A program made the position numbers and the translations under genes. From positions 3,702 through 67,701 of the forward strand of contig JAHFHU010000002.1 of assembly GCA_023246755.1 (NCBI GenBank): 64,000 nucleotides of DNA. The letters are read 5' to 3'. Below, in pieces: positions 39,196-48,585 of this stretch. This stretch comes from Candidatus Magasanikiibacteriota bacterium (lineage in GTDB: Bacteria > Patescibacteriota > Patescibacteriia > Magasanikbacterales > 2-02-FULL-50-9b). Below the pieces are notes generated by a model that was not told where the DNA came from, did not search any database, and saw only the letters and a program-made list of their open reading frames with translations. Numbering within the stretch: the stretch's first letter is position 1; each line of letters starts with the position of its first letter.

Positions 39196-39238
39196 GGTGT
39201 GGGTCTGCGAACTGCGGGCCCACACCTTCTTTTTTTTA
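39196..39238 (+). terminator. strong intrinsic terminator closing the GC-rich cassette
   Basis: GGTGTGGG…CCCACACC 8-bp GC stem followed by TTCTTTTTTTT. Confidence 0.7.
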
Positions 39239-39265
39239 GCGCGCCCTGCTACACTGGGTTTCGAT

Positions 39266-41980
39266 ATGTCACACAAAATCACGACTTCTGAACCAACGCG
39301 CCGTTTACTAATTTTTGACGGCAATGCGATTATTCATCGGTGTTTTCATGCGATTCCCCCACTCGCGACAAAGGATGGGGTTTTGGTCAACGCCGTGTAC
39401 GGTTTTTTGATGATGTTTTTGAAAGCGGTGAAGGATTTGAAGCCGACGCACGTGGTGGTGACGTTTGATATGGCGGGGCCGACGTTTCGCCACGAGGAGT
39501 TTGCCGAATATAAAGCAACACGCGTCAAGCAAGCGCCGGAGTTGTACGCGCAAATTCCGATTACGAAAGAAGTTTTGGGCGCGATGGGCGTGCAGATTTT
39601 TGAGAAAAAAGGTTTTGAGGCGGATGATGTGATTGGAACGATTGCGACGTTGGCGCGGCACGAACGACCGACGGTTGAGTCGATTATCGTGACCGGTGAT
39701 ATGGATGCGTTGCAGCTCATCAACACGACGACACGCGTGTACACGATGCGCCGCGGAATTTCGGACACGCTGATTTTTGATGCGGCCGCGGTGCGCGAAA
39801 AGTTTGGGTTTGATCCGGAGTTTGTTGTTGATTATAAAGCGTTGCGGGGTGATGTGTCGGATAATATTCCGGGAGTGAAAGGTGTGGGCGAAAAAACGGG
39901 CATGGAGTTGGTGAAAAAGTTTGGGACGATTGAAAAAATGTATGCGGCGCTCGATGTTGGTGAAAAAATTGAGGGTGTGAGCGAGCGGATGCGCGGATTG
40001 CTGGTTGAGAAAAAAGCGGATGCGATTCAAAGTAAGCGACTCGCGACTATTGTGTGTGATGTGCCGCTTGATTTTTCGTTTGGAAAAACCGCGTATGTGC
40101 CGGTTGAGCGCGATGCGATTTTTCCGGTATTTCAAAAGTTGGGATTTTTGTCGTTGCTCCAGCGGTTGCCGAGTTCGACTGCGGGCGTGACCGAAGTTGT
40201 TGAGCCGAAAAAGAAAATACAATTGATTGTTGCGAAAGATGTGGTGAAGACGCGCGCGGTTGTTGAAAAAATGTTGAAGCAGCGCGCGGTTGCGGCATAT
40301 TTGATGAAGCCGGTGCAGCAGGATTTGTTTGGTGCGTCGGCGCCGATGCTTGGGTTTGCGTGGGAGGGCTCGATTGCAGCCGTTGAGGTGAATTTCGAAT
40401 CGCAGTGGGATGAGATTGGTCGATTATTTTTGGATAAAAAATGTGCGCTCGTTGCACATGATGTGAAGCAATTGATGCATGAATTGGCGCAGCATGGAAT
40501 TCGGGTGGGCGGTGAAATTTTTGATGTGATGATTGCGGCATATGTGTTGCAAGCCGGAACGCGTTCGCATGATCTGCCAAATTTGGTGATTACTGTTTTG
40601 GGTGAGGATGTGCCCGTTGTTGAGTGGGCGTATGGCGATCCGACACGTGCGGCGCGCGGGGCTGAACGTGTGTGGCGCGTTGCGGAAAAATTGCGCGTGG
40701 AAATTAGCGAAAAGGGTTTTGCAAAATTATTTGATGAAATTGAAATGCCGCTCGTTGCGCCGCTTGCACGCATGGAACGATATGGGATCGAAGCGGATGG
40801 AAAATATTTGACGAAGCTTGATAAAAAATTGAGTGGCGAGTTGGAAAAAATTTCAAAGCGAATTTATAAAATGGCGGGGCGAGAATTTAATATTGCATCG
40901 CCGCAACAAGTTTCGGAAATTTTATTTGATGTGTTGAAATTGTCCGCTGCGGGAATTAAGCGCGGGAAAACGGGTGGAATTTCAACGGCAGCGGGTGAGC
41001 TCGACAAGTTGCAGGGCACCCATGAAATTATCGATTCGATTTTGGAGCATCGCGAAATTTCGAAATTGTTGAACACATATGTTGAGGCGTTGCCAAAATT
41101 GATTGCGGCGGATGGACGCGTGCACACGACATTCAATCAGGCCGTTGCGGCGACAGGCCGGTTGTCGTCATCGAATCCAAATTTGCAAAATATTCCGGTG
41201 CGCACGGAGTTGGGGCGCGATATTCGGCGTGCGTTTGTTGCGGCGGATGGGTATGAATTGTTGTCGTGCGATTATTCGCAATTTGAGTTGCGTATCGCAG
41301 CACATTTGGCGCGTGATAAAAAACTGATCGAAATTTTTGAGGCGGGGCTCGACGTGCATACGGCAACGGCAGCGGAAATTCACGGCGTGCCGCTTGCGGA
41401 GGTGACTAAGGAGATGCGATTTTCGGCGAAGGAGGTCAATTTTGGGGTGATGTATGGAATGGGTGCGTGGGGTTTGGCCGGCCGCACGGGTTTGTCACGC
41501 GAGGAGGCACGCGCATTTATCGACAAATACATGGCGACGTTTAGCGGGGTTGCGGCGTATCTCGAAGAAACGAAGGTTATTGCGCGCAAACTTGGTTATG
41601 CGGAAACAATGTTTGGACGACGACGCTATTTGCCGGAATTGTCGTCGGGCGTTGCGGCGGTGCGCGCTGCGGGTGAACGCATGGCGGTAAATATGCCGAT
41701 TCAAGGGACGCAGGCGGATATTTTGAAAATTGCGATGATTGAAATTGATGCATTATTGGCGCGTGAGTATGGATTTGGATTCGGGGTGACGGTTGAAGAG
41801 CGCGCGTGTCCAGCGCGAATGCTTTTGCAGGTGCATGATGAGTTGATTTTTGAAATTAAAAAAGGGCTGGCCGCGGAATTGGCGCCACGGATTTTGGAAA
41901 TTATGTCGGGTGTGGTGAAGTTGGTGGTGCCGGTTAAAGTTGATTTTGAGGTTGGAGGGAATTGGGCGGATTTGGATTAA
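39266..41980 (+). CDS. polA: DNA polymerase I (5'-3' exonuclease, 3'-5' exo-like and polymerase domains)
   Basis: N-terminal FEN domain (LLIFDGNAIIHRCFHA). Pol A motifs DYSQFELRI, RRAAKEVNFGVMYG-like, and QVHDELIFE. Confidence 0.95.
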   Translation: MSHKITTSEPTRRLLIFDGNAIIHRCFHAIPPLATKDGVLVNAVYGFLMMFLKAVKDLKPTHVVVTFDMAGPTFRHEEFAEYKATRVKQAPELYAQIPITKEVLGAMGVQIFEKKGFEADDVIGTIATLARHERPTVESIIVTGDMDALQLINTTTRVYTMRRGISDTLIFDAAAVREKFGFDPEFVVDYKALRGDVSDNIPGVKGVGEKTGMELVKKFGTIEKMYAALDVGEKIEGVSERMRGLLVEKKADAIQSKRLATIVCDVPLDFSFGKTAYVPVERDAIFPVFQKLGFLSLLQRLPSSTAGVTEVVEPKKKIQLIVAKDVVKTRAVVEKMLKQRAVAAYLMKPVQQDLFGASAPMLGFAWEGSIAAVEVNFESQWDEIGRLFLDKKCALVAHDVKQLMHELAQHGIRVGGEIFDVMIAAYVLQAGTRSHDLPNLVITVLGEDVPVVEWAYGDPTRAARGAERVWRVAEKLRVEISEKGFAKLFDEIEMPLVAPLARMERYGIEADGKYLTKLDKKLSGELEKISKRIYKMAGREFNIASPQQVSEILFDVLKLSAAGIKRGKTGGISTAAGELDKLQGTHEIIDSILEHREISKLLNTYVEALPKLIAADGRVHTTFNQAVAATGRLSSSNPNLQNIPVRTELGRDIRRAFVAADGYELLSCDYSQFELRIAAHLARDKKLIEIFEAGLDVHTATAAEIHGVPLAEVTKEMRFSAKEVNFGVMYGMGAWGLAGRTGLSREEARAFIDKYMATFSGVAAYLEETKVIARKLGYAETMFGRRRYLPELSSGVAAVRAAGERMAVNMPIQGTQADILKIAMIEIDALLAREYGFGFGVTVEERACPARMLLQVHDELIFEIKKGLAAELAPRILEIMSGVVKLVVPVKVDFEVGGNWADLD

Positions 41981-42001
41981 ATTTTTGCATTGCGGTAAGA
42001 T

Positions 42002-42976
42002 GTGGGCGCTATGGTTTTGTATGTGTACGGGCCGGACACGAAGCGTTCGCGCGAGCATCTCGACAAATTGATCGAGAAATTTTATCGTGAGCGCGATCCG
42101 CAGAAATTGAATGTGAAGCGTGTGGTGGTTGGCGACGCTGATGATGGGTGTGATGTGCGGGGTGAGTTGATGACCGCGCCGTTTTTGGCCGAGAAGCGCA
42201 TGGTCGTGCTGGAACGGATGCTTGAACGCGGCGACGCGGATCTGCTTGCGTGGTTTGAAGCGCGATGTGTCGAGCGTGAACCGCCGAGCGACACGATTAT
42301 TGTTGTCTGGGAGGAAGAGCCGGTTAAAAAAGCGCGCGCGGCGAGTGAAAAGTTGCACGCGCGACTCGTGGAGTCAAAATTTGCGCAGGAGTTTACGACG
42401 CTTGAGGGGAAAAAACGTGAGGCGTGGGTTGTGCGCGCGATTGCGGAGCGCGGCGGTTCGATTTCGGCAGATGCGGCGAGTGAATTGACACGGCGTTTGT
42501 CGGATGAGTATGAAGTATCAAACGCGATTGATGTGTTGGTTGCGTATGCGGGTGGCGCGCGCGTGATTGGTGTGCGTGATGTTGATTTATTTTTACCACC
42601 AGATGTTGAAAGTAAAATTTTTGAGGCAATGGATTTGTTGTCGATGAAAAAACATGGTGCTGCGATGAAGCAATTGGCGAATGTGTGGTTTGTGGACAAT
42701 GATCCGGTGTACATTTTTGCGATGCTGCATCGTCAGGTTCGGTTGTTGTTTCAGACGCGCGAGCTGCTCGATGATAATCCGAACGTGAGCGATATGGCGA
42801 TTTCAAAAACGCTCGGCGTGCATGCGTTTGTCGCGAAAAAAATGTTGGGGCAGGCGCGATTGTGGACGCGCGTCGAACTGATTGCGTGGTACGATCGGTT
42901 GATTGAGATTGATTATGCGATCAAACACGGCACGGTTGATGCGCGCGTTCTTATCGATAAATTTGTTGCGGTTTGA
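42002..42976 (+). CDS. holA: DNA polymerase III delta subunit-like (clamp-loader, HolA family)
   Basis: Size and N-terminal AAA+-like fold pattern (LYVYGPD…). Position directly after polA. Confidence 0.55.
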   Translation: MGAMVLYVYGPDTKRSREHLDKLIEKFYRERDPQKLNVKRVVVGDADDGCDVRGELMTAPFLAEKRMVVLERMLERGDADLLAWFEARCVEREPPSDTIIVVWEEEPVKKARAASEKLHARLVESKFAQEFTTLEGKKREAWVVRAIAERGGSISADAASELTRRLSDEYEVSNAIDVLVAYAGGARVIGVRDVDLFLPPDVESKIFEAMDLLSMKKHGAAMKQLANVWFVDNDPVYIFAMLHRQVRLLFQTRELLDDNPNVSDMAISKTLGVHAFVAKKMLGQARLWTRVELIAWYDRLIEIDYAIKHGTVDARVLIDKFVAV

Positions 42977-43003
42977 TTCGTCCCTCACTATACTGCACTG
43001 TAT

Positions 43004-44872
43004 ATGAATATTAGGGTATTTCCCCGCATGTTGAGCTTTGTTTTTGCGTTTTTGCTCAGCATACCTTTTTTTGTTGCCAATGATTTTTTGTTACCATTAT
43101 CGACTATTCGTGTGACTGCGTGGGCTGTAGGTATCATCGCATTGTTCGTCATATTTTTATTTTGGATATTCCGTAGTGCGACCGTGCGGATTGAGCTGAA
43201 CAGTGTTTTACAGCATCCGGTTGTGATTTGTTATGCGGCTTTTCTTGCTTGGTTGACGGTGCGGTCAGCATTTGTTTGGTCTGAATATACGTGGTGGGGC
43301 ACGTGGGCTCGTGGCGATGGTTTGTGGATGCAGTGGTCATGGCTAATCGTGTTAATCATTGCTGTTATTTGGCATCGCGTATCGCCCATAGTTTTTTCAA
43401 AAATTTTGATGTATGCGGTATCTATTTTAATAACAACCACCATAATTTCACGATTTGGTGCCACAGGTGTTCAATCAGATCGGTGGTCCGGTTTTGTTGG
43501 AAACCCACTTTATTTCTCCGCCTTGGTTTTATTTATTCCATGGTTTGCGTACGCGGCGTCTGCGCAGATAATTCATAAGACACACAGAAAATTTTTTATC
43601 ACGAGCATGCTAATTGTTACGGGTCTGCTTCTGTATTTTTCTGGTTCACGTGGTGCATTAGTCGCTGCTGCTGCCGGTGTTTTTATTTGGGCCATTGCTC
43701 GAGTTGCAAATCAAAAATACCGGGTAATCATTTTTGTGTTTATGACCCTGTATGTTTTTTTTGGGTATAAGTATTTTTTGATTGCTGATCGAAGTAGTAC
43801 GATTTATTCTCGTCTTGCATTGTGGAGTGCTGCACGCGATGAATTCAAAAATAGGCCAATCATTGGCTATGGATTTGGTGAACATCTCAACGTAATTTCG
43901 CATAACCTAATTCCATTATTTCGGGTTATGCCCAGTGAACAAGTGACAGATACTACGCACTCATTATTCATTGATGTTGCACTCGCGGGTGGCTTAGTCG
44001 CGCTCACGCTATTAGCTCTCTGGATATTTTTTTCTGTTCGATCGATTAATGCGCTTGGTATAGATGATCGTGGTGTTGCGCTGGCGACATTTTTTGCGTA
44101 CTTATTTTTTGGTATCTCTTTTATTTGGAGTCCGTGGTCGCAGATATTTTTATTATTTATATTGGTACCGATTATAGCAAAAACACTGAACATTACTAAA
44201 AATAATAATACATCATTTATATTTTTTCTGGTCATGATTATCATTTTTTGTTCATCCGTGTTTGTTATTTTGACGTTACCTGTTCAGGCGGCTGTTGGTT
44301 ACCGTGCAGCAATTAATCCACAACAGATGAATGATGCGACTGGGATGATGCCGTTCAGTCGTGATCGCGATGGCATTTTGGCGCGCCAGTTTGCAAAATT
44401 TTTGGATGCACAAAATGAGGGTGTTATTGGTCAAGATCTATTGGCGCGTTTTGAGCTGCGTGCCCATGAGCGTGAAACACTTGTAGCAGACCGTCACGCA
44501 TTTGCAGTTGTTTTTTTTAAGCTTGCGCAGAAGTCTGCGGCGCATCAAAATTTGTATGCGTTAGCTGAAGAGTCGTTGCGCGCTTGTCTTGTTCAAAGTA
44601 TCGATCGTCCCGCATCTGTATTTCAGCTCGCGATCGTTCTTTTTTCCGAGGGCAGGTTTACAGAGTCACTAGATCTTTTGAAAAAATTTCGAGATATACA
44701 CGCAGATATTCCAGAGGCATTTATCTTTTATGGACTACTTGCTGATGTATCAGGCAAAAGTGATGAAGCTCATGTTGCAGCACAGCAAGCAGTTGTGCTT
44801 CGACCACTTGATGCGGGTTGGGACGATAATTATTTGTTGTGGCTCAAGGATATATTGGGTCGGCATCGTTAA
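43004..44872 (+). CDS. O-antigen ligase/Wzy_C-family membrane protein with C-terminal TPR-like domain
   Basis: About 12 TM segments. LLLYFSGSRGALVAAAAGVFIWA matches the Wzy_C conserved loop. The last ~190 aa are soluble and helical. Confidence 0.6.
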   Translation: MNIRVFPRMLSFVFAFLLSIPFFVANDFLLPLSTIRVTAWAVGIIALFVIFLFWIFRSATVRIELNSVLQHPVVICYAAFLAWLTVRSAFVWSEYTWWGTWARGDGLWMQWSWLIVLIIAVIWHRVSPIVFSKILMYAVSILITTTIISRFGATGVQSDRWSGFVGNPLYFSALVLFIPWFAYAASAQIIHKTHRKFFITSMLIVTGLLLYFSGSRGALVAAAAGVFIWAIARVANQKYRVIIFVFMTLYVFFGYKYFLIADRSSTIYSRLALWSAARDEFKNRPIIGYGFGEHLNVISHNLIPLFRVMPSEQVTDTTHSLFIDVALAGGLVALTLLALWIFFSVRSINALGIDDRGVALATFFAYLFFGISFIWSPWSQIFLLFILVPIIAKTLNITKNNNTSFIFFLVMIIIFCSSVFVILTLPVQAAVGYRAAINPQQMNDATGMMPFSRDRDGILARQFAKFLDAQNEGVIGQDLLARFELRAHERETLVADRHAFAVVFFKLAQKSAAHQNLYALAEESLRACLVQSIDRPASVFQLAIVLFSEGRFTESLDLLKKFRDIHADIPEAFIFYGLLADVSGKSDEAHVAAQQAVVLRPLDAGWDDNYLLWLKDILGRHR

Positions 44873-45016
44873 CGAATAACATGTGATTAATTTTCTCGTT
44901 ACGGTTCTTATGGTACAATGATGAGTGCTGTGGTGGTATTTTATTTTGTAATCACTCACACAGCGTTTGATTATTCGAAACCGTAGTGGAGGGTAGGATC
45001 TAACTTACTAAAAAAT

Positions 45017-45628
45017 ATGAAAAATACACACTTCGTTTTTTTGTTCGCGACACTATTATTCGCTGGTTCTGGATGTGGGGATTCGGCACCGGCCACAACA
45101 GCTCCGTCTGAAAAAGCGTCCGCTTCACAGCAGGCACAGAATCCGACGCCAACAGCTCAAATCGCGCAACGCATGCCTCGATACACGCATACCAAGTATG
45201 GTTTCTCGATTGAACCGCCGCTCAATTGGAAGGTTGATGAATCTAAGCCGGGCCTGGCACTCATGATTTCGAGTGATCATGCAGATGAGGCATCTGCAAA
45301 ATTTAATTATCGTGCAAATATTAATGTGCAGGTTACGCAACTAACCAATGGTTCGGTTGCTGAAACCGCAAAAAAATTCGTGAGCTCATTTGGAAGTTCG
45401 TGGAATTCGGTTAAGGTTCTCGAAGAGGGGCCGGCAAAAGTTGGTGACGCCGAGGCATACAAGGTTGTCGTTGATTTGGCTGGTGACGATTATTCTCCAC
45501 GCGGAGAGTGCTTTGTTGTGCGAGCGGATGCGATTGATGGCGCGGTGGTATGTGGATACGCTTTGGACTCAAAGTGGGCTGAAAATAAGGACATTCTTGA
45601 GTCGTCTCTCGCAACGTTCAAACCATAA
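45017..45628 (+). CDS. putative lipoprotein
   Basis: Signal peptide with lipobox-like LFAGSGC. Soluble beta-rich domain. Confidence 0.45.
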   Translation: MKNTHFVFLFATLLFAGSGCGDSAPATTAPSEKASASQQAQNPTPTAQIAQRMPRYTHTKYGFSIEPPLNWKVDESKPGLALMISSDHADEASAKFNYRANINVQVTQLTNGSVAETAKKFVSSFGSSWNSVKVLEEGPAKVGDAEAYKVVVDLAGDDYSPRGECFVVRADAIDGAVVCGYALDSKWAENKDILESSLATFKP

Positions 45629-45630
45629 TA

Positions 45631-45659
45631 TTGACTAGTTTGGATCGGTTTGCTAAACT
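45631..45659 (+). promoter_or_regulatory. promoter TTGACT-17-TAAACT upstream of rpsT
   Basis: atTTGACTagtttggatcggtttgcTAAACTac. Confidence 0.45.
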
Positions 45660-45703
45660 ACGGACACGCAAAACTTTATTACACGCTCATGTAACTAACG
45701 GTT

Positions 45704-45964
45704 ATGCCAAATTTGGCTCAAGCAAAAAAAGCACTTCGTAAATCGAAAAAAGCGTTTATTCGCAATGAGGCGATTCGCGATGGTGTTCGTAAATTAAAAA
45801 AAGCCGCTCGTGTCGCGGTTGACGGGAAAGATAAGTCAGGCGCGGCAAAAGCAGCGCACGAATTACAAGTCGCTGTCGATAAGGCAGCAAAGCGCGGAAT
45901 TCTTCATAAGAATAAAGCGGCTCGTCTCAAATCACGTTTGGCAAAAAAGATTCGTTCACTCTAA
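45704..45964 (+). CDS. rpsT: 30S ribosomal protein S20
   Basis: MPNLAQAKKALRKSKK…RLKSRLAKKIRSL, a typical S20. Confidence 0.9.
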   Translation: MPNLAQAKKALRKSKKAFIRNEAIRDGVRKLKKAARVAVDGKDKSGAAKAAHELQVAVDKAAKRGILHKNKAARLKSRLAKKIRSL

Positions 45965-45980
45965 ACAGTGAAATAAAAAA

Positions 45981-46008
45981 TCTCCGGTGATAAGCCGGAG
46001 ATTTTTTT
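45981..46008. terminator. bidirectional intrinsic terminator between rpsT and convergent rmuC
   Basis: AAATAAAAAA-TCTCCGG-tgataa-CCGGAGA-TTTTTTT. Confidence 0.7.
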
Positions 46009-47068
46009 ATTCTTCTGATTGACCTGTCGGTAATTCAGCGAGTTCAATTTGCGCAACTTTTTCAAATTTAGAATCAAATTTTTCGAGACGTTTGCGCGAA
46101 TCATCAAATGCGCGTGCGGCATTGGTCAGGTGTTTTCCAACGAGACCATAATCGCCATTGAATCGCTCGAGATCACCTTTGAGACGCGAAAGATTTTGCA
46201 TCATTTCGCGCGCGCTCGATTCAATTTGCATCCCGCGAAGTCCGAGTAAAATTGTTTGCAGATAAACATAAAAACTGTTCGGCGAAACAGGAATTACGTT
46301 CCGACTATGCGCATAATGCACCAAATCATTCTCCTCGACCCCCTTCACAATTGTTTCGTAGTAAACATTTTCGGCAGGAATATACATGAGTGCAATATTG
46401 AGCGTGCCCTCGTCAGGTAAAATATATTGCTTTGCAATTTTATCAATGTGCTTTTTTACATCGCTCACAAACATTTTTTTGTGTACATCTTTTTCCTCGT
46501 CGGGAGCGGCCAGCATTTTCTGAAAATTTTCGAGTGGAAATTTTGAATCAACAGGTACGAGCATGTTATCGCGCAACTTCACAACCGCATCAACAACCTC
46601 ACCAGATTGAAAACGATGTTGTTCTGTGTAATGTTCAGATGGTAAAATCTGCGCTAATAAATTTCCAAGAAAAAATTCACCAATAGTTCCACGCAATTTT
46701 GGCGATCGTAAAATTTCTTGTAACGACGCAATATCTTTTCCAACATCGTAGATCCGTTTGTTTGCTTCTTCGAGTTGTGCGAGTTTGTTGGTGACAATCG
46801 CGTACGACCGCGCAGCAACATCAAGCCGCTCCCCCATTGTTTGATTTGTGTGCTGCTGCGATTGCGTATTTTCCCGCAGCCGATCATTCATTTGTTTGGT
46901 GATCGCATTCAATTGTTGTAAAACAGTTTGTGTTGTATTCTGTAGCTGCCGCTCAAGATGCGCATCCCCACCTTGATTATTTTTGTGAAACCGATATAGT
47001 ATTGCAAGTGCGACACAGAGCGCGGCGCACAAAATGACGAATGCGATTGTAAGGATTGTTGTAAACAT
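46007..47068 (-). CDS. rmuC: DNA recombination protein RmuC
   Basis: N-terminal TM anchor, long coiled coil, and C-terminal RmuC nuclease-like domain pattern. Confidence 0.7.
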   Translation of the reverse strand: MFTTILTIAFVILCAALCVALAILYRFHKNNQGGDAHLERQLQNTTQTVLQQLNAITKQMNDRLRENTQSQQHTNQTMGERLDVAARSYAIVTNKLAQLEEANKRIYDVGKDIASLQEILRSPKLRGTIGEFFLGNLLAQILPSEHYTEQHRFQSGEVVDAVVKLRDNMLVPVDSKFPLENFQKMLAAPDEEKDVHKKMFVSDVKKHIDKIAKQYILPDEGTLNIALMYIPAENVYYETIVKGVEENDLVHYAHSRNVIPVSPNSFYVYLQTILLGLRGMQIESSAREMMQNLSRLKGDLERFNGDYGLVGKHLTNAARAFDDSRKRLEKFDSKFEKVAQIELAELPTGQSEE

Positions 47069-47144
47069 AGAAACGCAAGTATAACACGTTCGGGATTTGT
47101 TCGGTAGATGTGTATAACTTGTGGATGATTTGTGTACAAAACGT

Positions 47145-47217
47145 GTCCCTGTAGTTCAACTGGATAGAACTGCCCCGTCCTAAGGGGTTAATGGGTGTTC
47201 AAATCACCCCGGGGGCA
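47145..47217 (+). tRNA. tRNA-Arg (anticodon CCT)
   Basis: Manual cloverleaf: acceptor GUCCCUG/CGGGGGC (two G·U pairs), D-arm GTTC/GAAC, anticodon stem GCCCC/GGGGT with loop GTCCTAA, T-arm GGGTG-TTCAAAT-CACCC, discriminator A. Confidence 0.6.
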
Positions 47218-47219
47218 AA

Positions 47220-47969
47220 TTAACTTTTTCTTTTCGATTGCTCATTTTCCCATGCGAGATCAAAAAGTGCTTGCACGGTATCTGCAATTTCTTGACTTTC
47301 AATAATAACGGTAATAATTTTGCCATCGAGCGTTGAAAACGCGACTTTATTTCCATAGATAAAAATGTCACCACCAAATTTTTTGTGTGGCTGTGTCACT
47401 TTAATGGTATCGACTTCTTTTCTGGGCGGCGCCATAAGTGTTCCCGTGTGGAGTGCACGCCCATGCACGTTGAGTTTTGCCATGTTTGCACGCAATGGCT
47501 GAAGATCCTGTGGTGTGAACACTTTAAAAACAGTGTCTGCATTATACAATTCGCAGGTGTTATTTGGCTTTGTTGCGACAACGTCCTCGAGGTATGTTTT
47601 GAGGCCTTCGATTCCCTCAAGCAATTTAACTGTTGGTTTTTCGCCACGTTGTTTAAGTTTGAGTTCATCAATCGATGATTGAATTTCATGTAGTATGTTT
47701 TCAACATCACCAACCTTGCTTTGTACAAACGAAATAAGCCGCTCGGGATTTTCTGCGGTATAGAGCGTTTTTTTGCCGGTTTGCATCGAGCTCATTAATC
47801 CACGCATTTTAAGCGATTCGATCGCTGTATAGGTTGTCATGCGAGAAACTCCGGCCTTTTTGGCGATATCTTGAACGGGTGTGGGTCCAAGTTCAAGTGA
47901 AAGCAGGTAAATAATTGCCTCACTATCGGTTAGTCCGAGAGATTTGAGAATTTTTTTCCATTGTGCCAT
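47220..47969 (-). CDS. TrmB-family transcriptional regulator
   Basis: wHTH (…DIAKKAGVSRMTTYTAIESLKMRGL…) plus TrmB C-terminal domain. Start set at MAQWKK. Confidence 0.7.
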   Translation of the reverse strand: MAQWKKILKSLGLTDSEAIIYLLSLELGPTPVQDIAKKAGVSRMTTYTAIESLKMRGLMSSMQTGKKTLYTAENPERLISFVQSKVGDVENILHEIQSSIDELKLKQRGEKPTVKLLEGIEGLKTYLEDVVATKPNNTCELYNADTVFKVFTPQDLQPLRANMAKLNVHGRALHTGTLMAPPRKEVDTIKVTQPHKKFGGDIFIYGNKVAFSTLDGKIITVIIESQEIADTVQALFDLAWENEQSKRKS

Positions 47970-47983
47970 ATTTTGTCTAGTGA

Positions 47984-48307
47984 TTAGACAGATTTTAGCA
48001 CATCGCTCCTCCATTGTAAATAGCACAGGAGTTTTGGCCCATATAATCGGTCATCGATAAATGGGATGACGCAGCCGAGTAGTTTTTTACGCGATCTGGT
48101 TATAAGCAAGAGATACTCCGTATTTTTTTCTCGATATAATCTCGGCTTTTGATTAAGATTTAGTGATCGCGCAACATAATCGAGCAATTCAAAATTTTCT
48201 GGTGACATTTTTATTTGAAAACCGAATTGTTCTGTACGTGCGGACTTAATATGTATAAATGTGCCACATACGGAAATTACGCCTGCGACGAAATCTGGTG
48301 AGAGCAT
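47984..48307 (-). CDS. LAGLIDADG-like ORF with degenerate (non-acidic) motif
   Basis: FVAGVISVCGTF aligns to the LAGLIDADG motif, but both catalytic Asp/Glu positions are replaced. The downstream architecture matches a half-site homing-endonuclease fold. No SD. Overlaps the N-terminal extension frame of the TrmB gene. Confidence 0.35.
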   Translation of the reverse strand: MLSPDFVAGVISVCGTFIHIKSARTEQFGFQIKMSPENFELLDYVARSLNLNQKPRLYREKNTEYLLLITRSRKKLLGCVIPFIDDRLYGPKLLCYLQWRSDVLKSV

Positions 48308-48323
48308 ATTTTATTGGTATTTC

Positions 48324-48345
48324 AATGTTTCACGTGAAACATTGA
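48324..48345. promoter_or_regulatory. perfect 22-bp palindrome CAATGTTTCACGTGAAACATTG (candidate operator)
   Basis: Read from the sequence. It shares the core GTTTCAC·GTGAAAC with a second palindrome 73 bp downstream. Confidence 0.5.
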
Positions 48346-48396
48346 AGCTTAAATCTGTTGTTTTAATAATTTTGAAACTACAAGCAAAGAGTTTTT

Positions 48397-48416
48397 TGGT
48401 TTCACGTGAAACCAAA
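48397..48416. promoter_or_regulatory. perfect 20-bp palindrome TTGGTTTCACGTGAAACCAA (candidate operator)
   Basis: Second copy of the GTTTCACGTGAAAC core. A perfect DnaA box TTATCCACA at 48497-48505 and an extended -10 (TGcTATAAT, 48538-48546) follow. Confidence 0.5.
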
Positions 48417-48585
48417 AGCTAATTTTGTATACAATAATGTTACCAAACGGAACTAAAAAAATCAATTAACATGATTTACACACAGAAATCACAGGTTTAT
48501 CCACAAACTTATCAACATACTAGGAGCGCTATTTTTTTGCTATAATTAGCCGAGTCCGAACAAAACTCGGGCGCTGCTGTACTTT

